From Candidatus Campbellbacteria bacterium RIFOXYC2_FULL_35_25 (GTDB taxonomy: Bacteria; Patescibacteriota; Minisyncoccia; Phycocordibacterales; UBA12079): DNA of 64,000 nt. Position numbers and translations under genes: made by a program. Shown one piece after another: positions 16,889 through 25,806 of this stretch. The stretch is taken from assembly GCA_001774495.1 (NCBI GenBank), contig MFAE01000014.1:10573-74572 (forward strand). The letters are read 5' to 3'. Each line of letters begins with the position of its first letter. The stretch's first letter is position 1. The notes under the pieces were generated by a model, which was not told where the DNA came from, did no database searches, and saw nothing but the letters and a program-made list of their open reading frames with translations.

Positions 16889-17998
16889 ATGAAAAAAATC
16901 GAAGTAAAAATCACAGAAAAAGATAAGGGTACAAAAGACCTGTCCTTGCTTAACCTACGCGATGAAGTTGTTAATTTTCTATATAAAGATACCGTTGCTA
17001 ATTCAACAAAAACAGACATGCAATTCTTCGTTTTGCTTTTCTTTGCGTCTATTCAAGTTGAACAAAAGACCTTTTTGGAAAAAATTTTAGAAGACGGTGT
17101 GCCGAAATTCAAAAAGCTAAATGCAGTATTTTCAAACAGAAAAGGATATTTACATGCAGGAGAGTATAAAAAGATGGTTGACGAACATGGGCTTACTGAG
17201 TTGTTTAAAAACGATATTTTCTTTGTAATTATTGAAGCCGTTTTAAATATTGACGAAATAAAAAGTCGTTTCTCTGAGCTTTTTGAAAAACATAAAAAAT
17301 TAGGAGATTCCATAATTTCAATCGGAGAAAAATATTCAAGAGATTTAGAAGAAAGTTTCAAAGATTTCCAGACCTCAAGAATTCAGGACGATAGATACGA
17401 TGAGCACGGAAATTATCATGATTTAAGCAAAAGCGTATATAGGACTGTTAGGATGCGAAATTCTAGGAACCTTGATTTAAATCTTCAGCGATATACCTCA
17501 ATAAAGAAGATTACCAGTGAATCGCCAGTTGATTTAACCTTTCTTCAACATATTGATCCACAAATCATTTTTGATTTGTGGGATAAGTATCAAGTTGCTG
17601 AATACATGAAGTCAATGTGGAGTACAGCAAATAATAGCCCGATAATCGCTAATACAGTTGGGGGTATTTTTGGTGGATTGGTTGTGCTGTATGCTCAATG
17701 GAAACTTATCGACGGAAGAAAAAATAGAACAGAAAAAAAGAAAGCGAAGCAAAAATTCGAAAAATCAAAAACAGAGAACGGACATATTCTTGATGATCTT
17801 ACACTTAGGCTTGTTGATTCTGTGTTAAAGGCAAACGAAAGATTAGAAAAAGAGGTTGAGGTAAATAGAACAAAAGTTCGAGAACTTTCGAGTGAAAATC
17901 TCCTGATTCAAGATAAAGATAAAATAAAAAAGCTTGAAGAGCGAATTGCTCAACTTGAAAACTTATCTGTACAAGCAAAAGTTATTGACTATAAGTAG
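16889..17998 (+). CDS. Hypothetical protein with a C-terminal coiled coil
   Basis: 369-aa ORF tightly packed after the nuclease gene. Confidence 0.4.
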   Translation: MKKIEVKITEKDKGTKDLSLLNLRDEVVNFLYKDTVANSTKTDMQFFVLLFFASIQVEQKTFLEKILEDGVPKFKKLNAVFSNRKGYLHAGEYKKMVDEHGLTELFKNDIFFVIIEAVLNIDEIKSRFSELFEKHKKLGDSIISIGEKYSRDLEESFKDFQTSRIQDDRYDEHGNYHDLSKSVYRTVRMRNSRNLDLNLQRYTSIKKITSESPVDLTFLQHIDPQIIFDLWDKYQVAEYMKSMWSTANNSPIIANTVGGIFGGLVVLYAQWKLIDGRKNRTEKKKAKQKFEKSKTENGHILDDLTLRLVDSVLKANERLEKEVEVNRTKVRELSSENLLIQDKDKIKKLEERIAQLENLSVQAKVIDYK

Positions 17999-18081
17999 AT
18001 GATAGGGAGCCACGCTTGCGCGCTTATGAGCAGGTGAGGCAATCACAATATGATTTGTTTATGGTGTGTTAAAATAAACTT

Positions 18082-18372
18082 ATGAATTTTATACTTTTAA
18101 TAATAGTTGCAATAGCAGGAATAATTATCGGAAGTTATTTTGGTGTGAAAAAAGATGGTTTGATTTTTGGGCAAACGAAGAAAAAGAAAGAAAACAAGGA
18201 AAGAATATTGAAATTTTTGGAAACTAATGAAAAAGTGACAAATAATGATATTGAGAAATTATTAGGAGTATCTGATGCAACTGCAACAAGGTATCTAAAT
18301 GAATTAGAAAAAGAGCAAAAAATCAAACAAATCGGCACGGTCGGTCATGCCGTATATTATCGCTTAATGTAG
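18082..18372 (+). CDS. Small membrane-anchored protein with a C-terminal winged-HTH tail
   Basis: N-terminal TM helix; C-terminus ATATRYLNELEKEQKIKQIGTVGHAVYYRL. Confidence 0.45.
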   Translation: MNFILLIIVAIAGIIIGSYFGVKKDGLIFGQTKKKKENKERILKFLETNEKVTNNDIEKLLGVSDATATRYLNELEKEQKIKQIGTVGHAVYYRLM

Positions 18373-18408
18373 CCACGAAGTGGCTGAACGGCTCAACGAG
18401 TTGAGCCG

Positions 18409-20061
18409 TTGAAAAGATTTATGAAAGACAAAGAATATTATTCAAATTTTGAAAACCAGCGTGATGAACACACTCAGAATATTTTAGGTTCGGAAAGCAA
18501 AAATAAAATTATTCTTGCTGGACCAGGAACTGGAAAAAGTTATTTATTTCAACAAATATGTAAAAACAATATTGAAAATGATCTTAACAACAATTTGACT
18601 CTATCTTTTATCAACGAATTAGTTAATGATTTATCAAAAGATTTACACGGACTTTCTGATGTAAAAACATTACACAGTTTTGCCTTAAAAAACATCTCTA
18701 AAAATACTAATTTTTTTATGAATTTAGGTGATGTAATTCAAGAAGATTATAAAATTATAAAAAATAAAGAAGTTAGTTTTAAAGATATATTTTATAACCT
18801 TGAGGAAGAAAAAGAAGACGAATTAAATTTTTATTCAGAAAGGAGAAAATTTTATAATTTCTTTGGTCCAAACTGTTCTATATATACATTAATAAAAATA
18901 TTTGAAAATAATGAAGAAAAAATTCCAAAATATTCTCAAATTTTAATAGATGAATTTCAAGACTTTAATAAATTAGAAAGCCGCCTGATAGACTTATTGG
19001 CAGAAAAAAACTCAATGGTCATTGCTGGGGACGATGACCAATCATTATATTCTTTCAAAAATGCAAATCCTCAAGAAATAAGAGACAAACACAAATCAGA
19101 AGAATATACATCTTTTGAGTTACCTTTTTGTTCAAGATGTCCTGAAGTTATAATAAATTCTTTTCATAATATAGTCGACAAAGCTAAGGCAGAAGGTTTT
19201 TTGAAAGATAGAATTTCAAAAGAATACAAGTATTTTCCTTCAGTAGAAAAAGACCTACTATCATCGCAAAACCCTAAACTCATAATAAATAAAGGGGTAT
19301 ATCAAAACCAAATTGCTTTTAACATTGAAAAAGAAATAAAAAGCATATCTGATTCAGGAAAAAAAGATTTTTCTGTTTTAGTAATATGTTCTTTAAAATC
19401 ACAAATAAAAAGCTTAGAGAAAGCTTTGCGTAAAAAAGGCTTTAATAATATTGAATCACCTCAAGAAAAGAAAGGAGGTGATTTAATTGACGGGCTAAAA
19501 TTGTTACAAAAAGATAAAGAATGTAATTTAGGGTGGAGAATTGTCTCAAAAATAATTTTAGAAAATAATAATAAAGATATTAAAGATATTATTAAAAAAA
19601 GCCACTCTAATTTAAATAAAAAATTTTATGAATTATTAGATAAAAATGATGTTAAATATATAAAACAAGTACTCGCAATATTTAAAAAAGTTAATGAAAA
19701 TAAATCATTAAAAAAAGAAGAGTATCAAAAAATTTTAGATTGTTTCGGTTATAATCAAGAAAATATTGTGTTAGAAAAATTAAAAGAAGATTTTCAAGAT
19801 AACAATAATCAAAAAACAAATTACAAGAATATACCTATAAAAATAACAACCATTCTCGGCTCAAAAGGGCTGACCAATGATTATGTCTTTCTTGTCAATT
19901 TTGATGATGGATATCTTTTTGGAAAAGAGAAAAAAATAACTGATGAAAATATTTGTAAATTTTTAGTTGCGTTAACAAGAGCAAAGAAAAAAATCTATCT
20001 TTATGCAAACAACAACAAGTTACCTACTTTTGTAAATTGGATTGATAAAAATAATTATTAA
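18409..20061 (+). CDS. Superfamily 1 (UvrD/PcrA-like) helicase, short form
   Basis: Walker A AGPGTGKS, motif II ILIDEFQDF, C-terminal ILGSKGL...VALTRAKKKIYLY. Confidence 0.6.
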   Translation: MKRFMKDKEYYSNFENQRDEHTQNILGSESKNKIILAGPGTGKSYLFQQICKNNIENDLNNNLTLSFINELVNDLSKDLHGLSDVKTLHSFALKNISKNTNFFMNLGDVIQEDYKIIKNKEVSFKDIFYNLEEEKEDELNFYSERRKFYNFFGPNCSIYTLIKIFENNEEKIPKYSQILIDEFQDFNKLESRLIDLLAEKNSMVIAGDDDQSLYSFKNANPQEIRDKHKSEEYTSFELPFCSRCPEVIINSFHNIVDKAKAEGFLKDRISKEYKYFPSVEKDLLSSQNPKLIINKGVYQNQIAFNIEKEIKSISDSGKKDFSVLVICSLKSQIKSLEKALRKKGFNNIESPQEKKGGDLIDGLKLLQKDKECNLGWRIVSKIILENNNKDIKDIIKKSHSNLNKKFYELLDKNDVKYIKQVLAIFKKVNENKSLKKEEYQKILDCFGYNQENIVLEKLKEDFQDNNNQKTNYKNIPIKITTILGSKGLTNDYVFLVNFDDGYLFGKEKKITDENICKFLVALTRAKKKIYLYANNNKLPTFVNWIDKNNY

Positions 20062-20063
20062 AA

Positions 20064-20735
20064 ATGCCACCAGAAGAAAATCAAAAAAATACAGTTGAAG
20101 AAATTCCTGTTTCGGCTCCGCCGAAACAGGAAGTCGTTGAAAATGTTCCCGTTGTTGAAGAAACCCCTGCTCCAATTGAAACTCTTGTGGAAGAACAAAC
20201 TGAAAATATTGAAAATATTGAAAATGTTGAAACTGAAGTCGTTGAGCCAATAATAATTGAGTCTGTAACAGAAACGCCGATTATTGAAACGACTGAACCG
20301 ATAGAACAAATAGAAAACGAAGAAACTGGATTGCTTCACTTTGTTCGCAAAGACGAAGCTGTTGAAGAAATTCCACAAGTTGAAGAAGTGAAACAGTCTC
20401 AATCTGTTCAACAAGAACAACCTCAACCGCAGTCAGAACCTCAACCACAACAAACTCAAACTGTTGAAAAAATTATTTATCAAACTCCGCCTAATTTGAT
20501 TCAAAATCTCTTAACCAAAGCGAGAGCAAAAATTCAAGAAAGGAAAAATAAGAAGTTGAATAAAATAATGTCACTTTTTGAATCAAATTCAAATATTTCT
20601 AACTCGGATGTTCAAAAATTGCTACGAACTACTAAAAGAAGTGCAACAAGATATTTAAATATTCTTGAAAAAGAGCAAAAGATAATTCAAGTTGGAAATG
20701 CTGGCAGAGGTGTAAAATACATCAAAAAACCTTAA
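20064..20735 (+). CDS. Acidic low-complexity protein (ENIENIENVETEVVEP, QPQPQSEPQPQQ) carrying the same winged-HTH tail as the 18082 gene
   Basis: C-terminus SATRYLNILEKEQKIIQVGNAGRGVKYI. Confidence 0.45.
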   Translation: MPPEENQKNTVEEIPVSAPPKQEVVENVPVVEETPAPIETLVEEQTENIENIENVETEVVEPIIIESVTETPIIETTEPIEQIENEETGLLHFVRKDEAVEEIPQVEEVKQSQSVQQEQPQPQSEPQPQQTQTVEKIIYQTPPNLIQNLLTKARAKIQERKNKKLNKIMSLFESNSNISNSDVQKLLRTTKRSATRYLNILEKEQKIIQVGNAGRGVKYIKKP

Positions 20736-21036
20736 GATAGAATATAATTGCGAGCAACGGCTCAACGAGTTGAGCCGTTGATTTAAATCAATTTTATATT
20801 TTTTAACATCATATAGATTAAATTTGCACAATCTGTTTTCTTAATATAAAATCTACCTTAGATTTGTTCTCGAAATTTGAATAGTTGTAAAAACTAAAAC
20901 CGAAAGCAATAACCGTTTTTACGGTTTTTTAATTTTACTGAAAAAAGGAGGTGATTAAATTGGTGTAATTAACGAAGTACCTGACAAGAAATAGGAAGTT
21001 CAGCATGACAAACAAAAAAGACCTAAGGAGGTCAAG

Positions 21037-22245
21037 ATGAAAAGACTGATTTTTCTTTCTCTAATTTTGTTGGGAATAACATTTTCCCAGCATGTGTTCG
21101 CTTCAACTGTAAACTACCAGCCGACACCATATCCTCTTTTGGATAAAAACGGGGATTCAATGTCTCAAGATTTGGACAAGGTTCACCTCTGGGACGGATG
21201 GCTTCCAAGTTACTACTATAACCAAGAGTTTACTCGCGACGATAAACTGCAACTCGGTGGTTGGGGTGACCAGTATCGTATTTATGTCAAATTTGATATT
21301 GAAGGACTTCCTTACGATCCCGATGACGTAATTATGTTTATGAAATCGTTTGACCGTGGAGATTCTTCAACGGCTACACCTTTTGCTTTTTGCCAGGCGA
21401 GTAGTTCGTGGGATTTGTCGTTAACGTGGAATACTCAACCCTCGTTTTCTGGATGTTGGGGTTGGTATAGCGCACCTACACCAGGCGATTGGTGGGGGCG
21501 GTATATAACACCAATGTACTCTGATTGGAAAGATGGGACATCGACAAATTATGGAGTAATGATGTATCCTCAAAACACAAATAATAACTTTAACGTGTTT
21601 AGGAGCTCTCGGTATTCAACCGCAAGTTATCGCCCTGTTTTGCAATTTGTTTTTACTCCAACGATTGAACTCAAAATGCCACTTCCTGGAAATCACACAT
21701 GGTTGGTAACAACCGAAACTGGTGGTTGGGATTGTATGGGTGATTACGACCAATATCATGACGGCACGAATTATTTCTCTCTAGATTTTTCTTGGAGAAA
21801 CCAAGCTGATGCTGGAGCGGCAGTGTATGACGAATCAACTGATGATATTCCTATTCTCGCCGCTGGTGGAGGAAAGGTCTACCAAGCAACGTACTCATCA
21901 GCAAATGGCTATTACGTTGTGATTGATCATGACGGAGACGGTAATATTAACACAGGAGTGTCTACCAGATATCTTCATCTTAAATATTCCCCCTCCGTAA
22001 CAGCTGGTAATACCGTTCAGCAAGGAGCTCTCATCGGTTATATGGGAGATACCGGCTTAAGTAATGGTGTTCATCTTCATTTTGGGGTTCGCTATCAAGA
22101 TAGTGGTTCATCGAGTGTTAACCAGCTTAGTAAAGTAACCGTGGATGGTCAAATTCTGAAAGGATACCAGACAAAATGCTCGGAGAGCAACGGCATCCCA
22201 ACAGATTGGATTCGTTATTATCGTTCTTACAACACAGCTTATTAG
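21037..22245 (+). CDS. Secreted M23-family (LytM-like) metallopeptidase
   Basis: Signal peptide; YVVIDHDGD and GVHLHFGVRY zinc-ligand motifs; SD cctaaggaggt. Confidence 0.75.
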   Translation: MKRLIFLSLILLGITFSQHVFASTVNYQPTPYPLLDKNGDSMSQDLDKVHLWDGWLPSYYYNQEFTRDDKLQLGGWGDQYRIYVKFDIEGLPYDPDDVIMFMKSFDRGDSSTATPFAFCQASSSWDLSLTWNTQPSFSGCWGWYSAPTPGDWWGRYITPMYSDWKDGTSTNYGVMMYPQNTNNNFNVFRSSRYSTASYRPVLQFVFTPTIELKMPLPGNHTWLVTTETGGWDCMGDYDQYHDGTNYFSLDFSWRNQADAGAAVYDESTDDIPILAAGGGKVYQATYSSANGYYVVIDHDGDGNINTGVSTRYLHLKYSPSVTAGNTVQQGALIGYMGDTGLSNGVHLHFGVRYQDSGSSSVNQLSKVTVDGQILKGYQTKCSESNGIPTDWIRYYRSYNTAY

Positions 22246-22334
22246 ATTTAATCTCGTAAGTTTTACACAGCGGGGCTTTTTGCCTCGCTGTTTTTGTATT
22301 GGAATTATTTAAATTTAATATATAATAATAGATT

Positions 22335-22874
22335 ATGAAAAACAAAAAAATTCTTTTAATTCTTATTATTATCTTAATAATCTTAGGTTTCTTTTATTTT
22401 ACAAAATACGATAAAAATAATAGCGAAGTAATTATTTTGAATGACAACCAAGATGGAACAAAACATCTTGAAACTTATTCAAACGAGAAATATGGTTTTA
22501 TTTTTTCTTACCCTCAAGATTGGAATGCTAAAGCAGAAAATTCTGAATTGATACAACTTTATAATTATTCAAAAATAGGAGACCAAACACTTTCTGAAAA
22601 TGTTTTAAATAAAGTTGAAGTTGTTATTATTGAAGAAATAAATTATGAAGAATCCAGCGATTATCCAGAAGAAAATAAATCTATATCTGATACAGTCATC
22701 GGAGGACAAAATGCGAAGAAAGTTGAGGTAGAACTTATTGGGGGAGAAAAAATTAACTCTTATTATGTTCAAATTCCTTCAATAAACAAATATATTTCTT
22801 TGAGTATTTACGGAGATTCAAAGAATTTCTATGTTCTCGATAATATAGCCAATAGTTTGAGATGGACAAAATAA
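22335..22874 (+). CDS. Hypothetical membrane-anchored protein
   Basis: N-terminal TM helix (ILLILIIILIILGFFYF). Confidence 0.4.
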   Translation: MKNKKILLILIIILIILGFFYFTKYDKNNSEVIILNDNQDGTKHLETYSNEKYGFIFSYPQDWNAKAENSELIQLYNYSKIGDQTLSENVLNKVEVVIIEEINYEESSDYPEENKSISDTVIGGQNAKKVEVELIGGEKINSYYVQIPSINKYISLSIYGDSKNFYVLDNIANSLRWTK

Positions 22875-23040
22875 TTTAATAAATCTACAAAGCCAAAAGG
22901 GACAAATACACCATTTGTCCCTTTTATCATACAAAACCACACGAAGTGTGGTTTTGGTTGTTTAGGGAGCTTTTTTGTGTGCGCTGGGAGGGTTGGGGCA
23001 AACACAAGATAGAAAGCGTTTTAGTTTTGTTTTGTTTTTC

Positions 23041-23157
23041 TTTGGAGCATATTATAAGGCAATAAAAGAAGAAAGATTGTTAACAAAACATTTTTCTAAT
23101 GAATATTCTGAATATAAAAAACAAGTAAGGGCTTTAATTCCTTTTATTTTCTAGCTC
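23041..23157 (+). pseudogene. 3' remnant of an isoprenylcysteine-carboxyl/phospholipid methyltransferase-family gene
   Basis: Translates FGAYYKAIKEERLLTKHFSNEYSEYKKQVRALIPFIF*, the typical C-terminus of ICMT/PEMT-family enzymes; no upstream body. Confidence 0.45.
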
Positions 23158-23401
23158 AAAAGAAGAAATAATTTACAGCAACTTTAACTTATTGGTTATT
23201 TGGTTTAGGCCTATTCTAGTTATCCACAATTCATCTAAAAAAGCTTGCTTTTTTTTCTGAGTTTAGTATACTAATTAAAGTACTTATTATTTAGCTTGCT
23301 ACTTAATAGGTACTATGAAAGAAATCGCTTCGGCGGTTTTTTTCATATCTACTGAAGCCATTTTGAGTAGAGGTGAAAAAAACTGACGGTGGTTTAAAAA
23401 C

Positions 23402-23637
23402 AAAAATCCACAGTAGCCAGGCTACTGTGGATTTTTGTTTAGTAACTAAAAACTATCGACTATAAACTATAAACTAAAAACTATTCTTTCTCCTCTTTCA
23501 ACTGTACAAAGAATGTTGAACCTTTTCCTTCTCCTTCCGATTCTGCCCCTATCTTAACATCCTTTTCGGATGTTCGGGCGAACATTTTACCACTAAAACA
23601 ATTTATAAAATTGTTTTAGTGGTAAAATGTTTTAGCC
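23402..23637. repeat. Copy A of a repeat family derived from the 3' end and terminator of the histidine-kinase gene at 36506..38092; copy A also carries a ~115-nt hairpin insertion
   Basis: Hairpin aaaatccacagtagccaggctactgtggattttt; micro-repeat ctatcgactataaactataaactaaaaacta; antisense of ...AESEGEGKGSTFFVQLKEEKE*. Confidence 0.75.
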
Positions 23638-23713
23638 AAATTGTTCCAGGTTCAGTGTTGAATTCAAGATTTATGTTTATAGAAACTTGTTTTTGGGGTA
23701 TAATGATAAAATT

Positions 23714-25003
23714 ATGAAAAAACATATTATTATTGCCACCTATGATGGAATCGGTACTTATTATTCAGGAGTGGGGACCATTGCAAAAAATATCGTTGAT
23801 TCACTTACCATTCTTTCAGATAAAATAGACATAAAAGTCAGTATTGCTTATGTGAGTATGGATAAACAATCAGATGTTTTTAATAAAGGATGTTTTGATA
23901 CAGCAAATAATCTAACCATAAAAACTGGAGGTAAAATGATTCCTTTGTGTAACACCACAAAAGGTCAGAGTGAATGGGATATGTGGAGGAGTTTTGATGA
24001 ATGGAGATTTACTTGTGTGTCACTTGTAACTGCTTTAAACCTTATATTAGATGAGAAAGATGACAATATCATTATTCTTAATGACACGCCATTTTTATTT
24101 TTTTCTAAGTATAAAGACTTGGTTTTAGACAAAAATTTAAAATGTTTCTATTTCCCTTTGAGTACCGGGAAAAATCATGCTTTTGGCGATGAAGATTGGA
24201 GAAATCATAGAATTAAAGCCGAAGAAAGGTGTTTCGAAATAGTTCAAAAGGATCCAAATTCAAAAGTAATATCTTTGGGTGAAAAATTTGCTGAGAGAAT
24301 GAATCAAGATTATGGGTTGAAGTTTGGAGAAGTTGACTATTTGCAAAATGGCTTATGTTTTGATAAATATAAAGATTTTCTTGATACTAAGTTTTCTAAT
24401 AAAGATTTACAAAAATATGGGATTAAAATAGAAGAAGACAAAAAAATAATTTTTGCTTGGGGTAGATGTTCTATCGCAAAAGGATTTAAGGAACTTGCAT
24501 TGGCTTGGGTTAAAGCACATAATTTTTTACCAAATCATTATTTACTTTTACAAATACCAAATAATTCAGGCGAGACTGATTACTTCGATGAGATTAAAGG
24601 AATTCTGAAGAATATTCCTAGGGTTATTATTTTAGACAATTTTAATCCAAATATTTGGAAAACAGTTTTAAGGTCAGTAAATACTGAAATTGTTTGCATC
24701 CCCTCATTAATGGACCCTTTTCCTCACACTTCTATAGAAGCAAAACTTTTCTCAAAAGGAATGAATTATATCACTTTAATTAGCGATATCGACGGAGCCG
24801 TAGACGCTTTCCACGAAGATGAGTGTATATATGTTGATCCTAGGGATACAAAAACTTTTACTGATAAAATTATCGAAGTAGCTAATTTAGATAATTCACA
24901 AAAGAGAGAAATGATTGATAAAAACATTCAGACAATTCAAAATTTCAATTTTCCTAAAATCCTTGAAAAATTTATAAATTCGAATTTATTTAAAAGCAAA
25001 TAG
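23714..25003 (+). CDS. GT-B fold glycosyltransferase (GT4-like)
   Basis: DGIGTYYSGVGT N-terminal motif; C-terminal E..K....G......D.DG motif; preceded by the extended -10 tggggTATAAT. Confidence 0.6.
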   Translation: MKKHIIIATYDGIGTYYSGVGTIAKNIVDSLTILSDKIDIKVSIAYVSMDKQSDVFNKGCFDTANNLTIKTGGKMIPLCNTTKGQSEWDMWRSFDEWRFTCVSLVTALNLILDEKDDNIIILNDTPFLFFSKYKDLVLDKNLKCFYFPLSTGKNHAFGDEDWRNHRIKAEERCFEIVQKDPNSKVISLGEKFAERMNQDYGLKFGEVDYLQNGLCFDKYKDFLDTKFSNKDLQKYGIKIEEDKKIIFAWGRCSIAKGFKELALAWVKAHNFLPNHYLLLQIPNNSGETDYFDEIKGILKNIPRVIILDNFNPNIWKTVLRSVNTEIVCIPSLMDPFPHTSIEAKLFSKGMNYITLISDIDGAVDAFHEDECIYVDPRDTKTFTDKIIEVANLDNSQKREMIDKNIQTIQNFNFPKILEKFINSNLFKSK

Positions 25004-25024
25004 ATATTATTTTAAATTATAAGT

Positions 25025-25777
25025 ATGATATTTAGATGGACAATATGGGGGGAATATAAATTAAAAAATATTGAATTATTAAAATATAGTATTCTTTCAT
25101 TTAAAAAACAATTTGGTGAGAGTCATAATTATGTAGTTTATACAGATGATGAAAAAACTCTTAAAGAGAATCTTAGAGGAATTGCTGAAATTTTTAATAT
25201 TAACTCTTGTGTTGAAAATAAATACAACATTAAATCCAAGGCTACTTGGATGAAATGGTGCCCTTTGGTTAAATTAGATATTGATAAAACTGAGATTTAT
25301 GTTGATTCTGATGTTTTTTTGTTAAAATATCCCATTGAAATTGAAAATTTCATTACTAATCCTAAATTAAAATTTGCAATTATGGATGAGTTTTACGGTC
25401 AGCCATGGCAACATGGAGCTATGCAAAAAAGGGCAACAAAAGTTACTCCTTTTGTTAATGCTGGCCTTTTTATTCAAAAAGCTGGATATAGTATTTCCGG
25501 TGAACTTTCGGAAGAATTTGATTGGTGGGTACAAAATATTTCAAAAGATGAACAGACTCATCATGATGAACAGGGAGCACTGGCAGTAGCCTTAACTAAT
25601 TATTTAGAAAAACAAGAGTTATATATTTTACCTAAAGATAAATATATGTTAATTGGTCCAAACGAGAACAAAGGTATAAAAGATCTAGAGCAAGTTATAT
25701 TATTTCATGCGGTTTATCCTGATCACCCAGCTTTTTATAAATTTAAAGATTATCTCGATAAAATACTTAATTTATAA
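25025..25777 (+). CDS. Hypothetical protein, possibly a GT-A-like glycosyltransferase with a DxD motif
   Basis: YVDSDVFLL motif. Confidence 0.35.
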   Translation: MIFRWTIWGEYKLKNIELLKYSILSFKKQFGESHNYVVYTDDEKTLKENLRGIAEIFNINSCVENKYNIKSKATWMKWCPLVKLDIDKTEIYVDSDVFLLKYPIEIENFITNPKLKFAIMDEFYGQPWQHGAMQKRATKVTPFVNAGLFIQKAGYSISGELSEEFDWWVQNISKDEQTHHDEQGALAVALTNYLEKQELYILPKDKYMLIGPNENKGIKDLEQVILFHAVYPDHPAFYKFKDYLDKILNL

Positions 25778-25806
25778 GTAAAGGTTGTAAATGATATAAT
25801 GTAAAT

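Noticed and set aside
20020-20426. ORFs 20020..20250(-) and 20058..20426(-)
   Set aside because: Antisense shadows of the acidic repeat protein gene and helicase 3' end; low-complexity repeats keep the frames open
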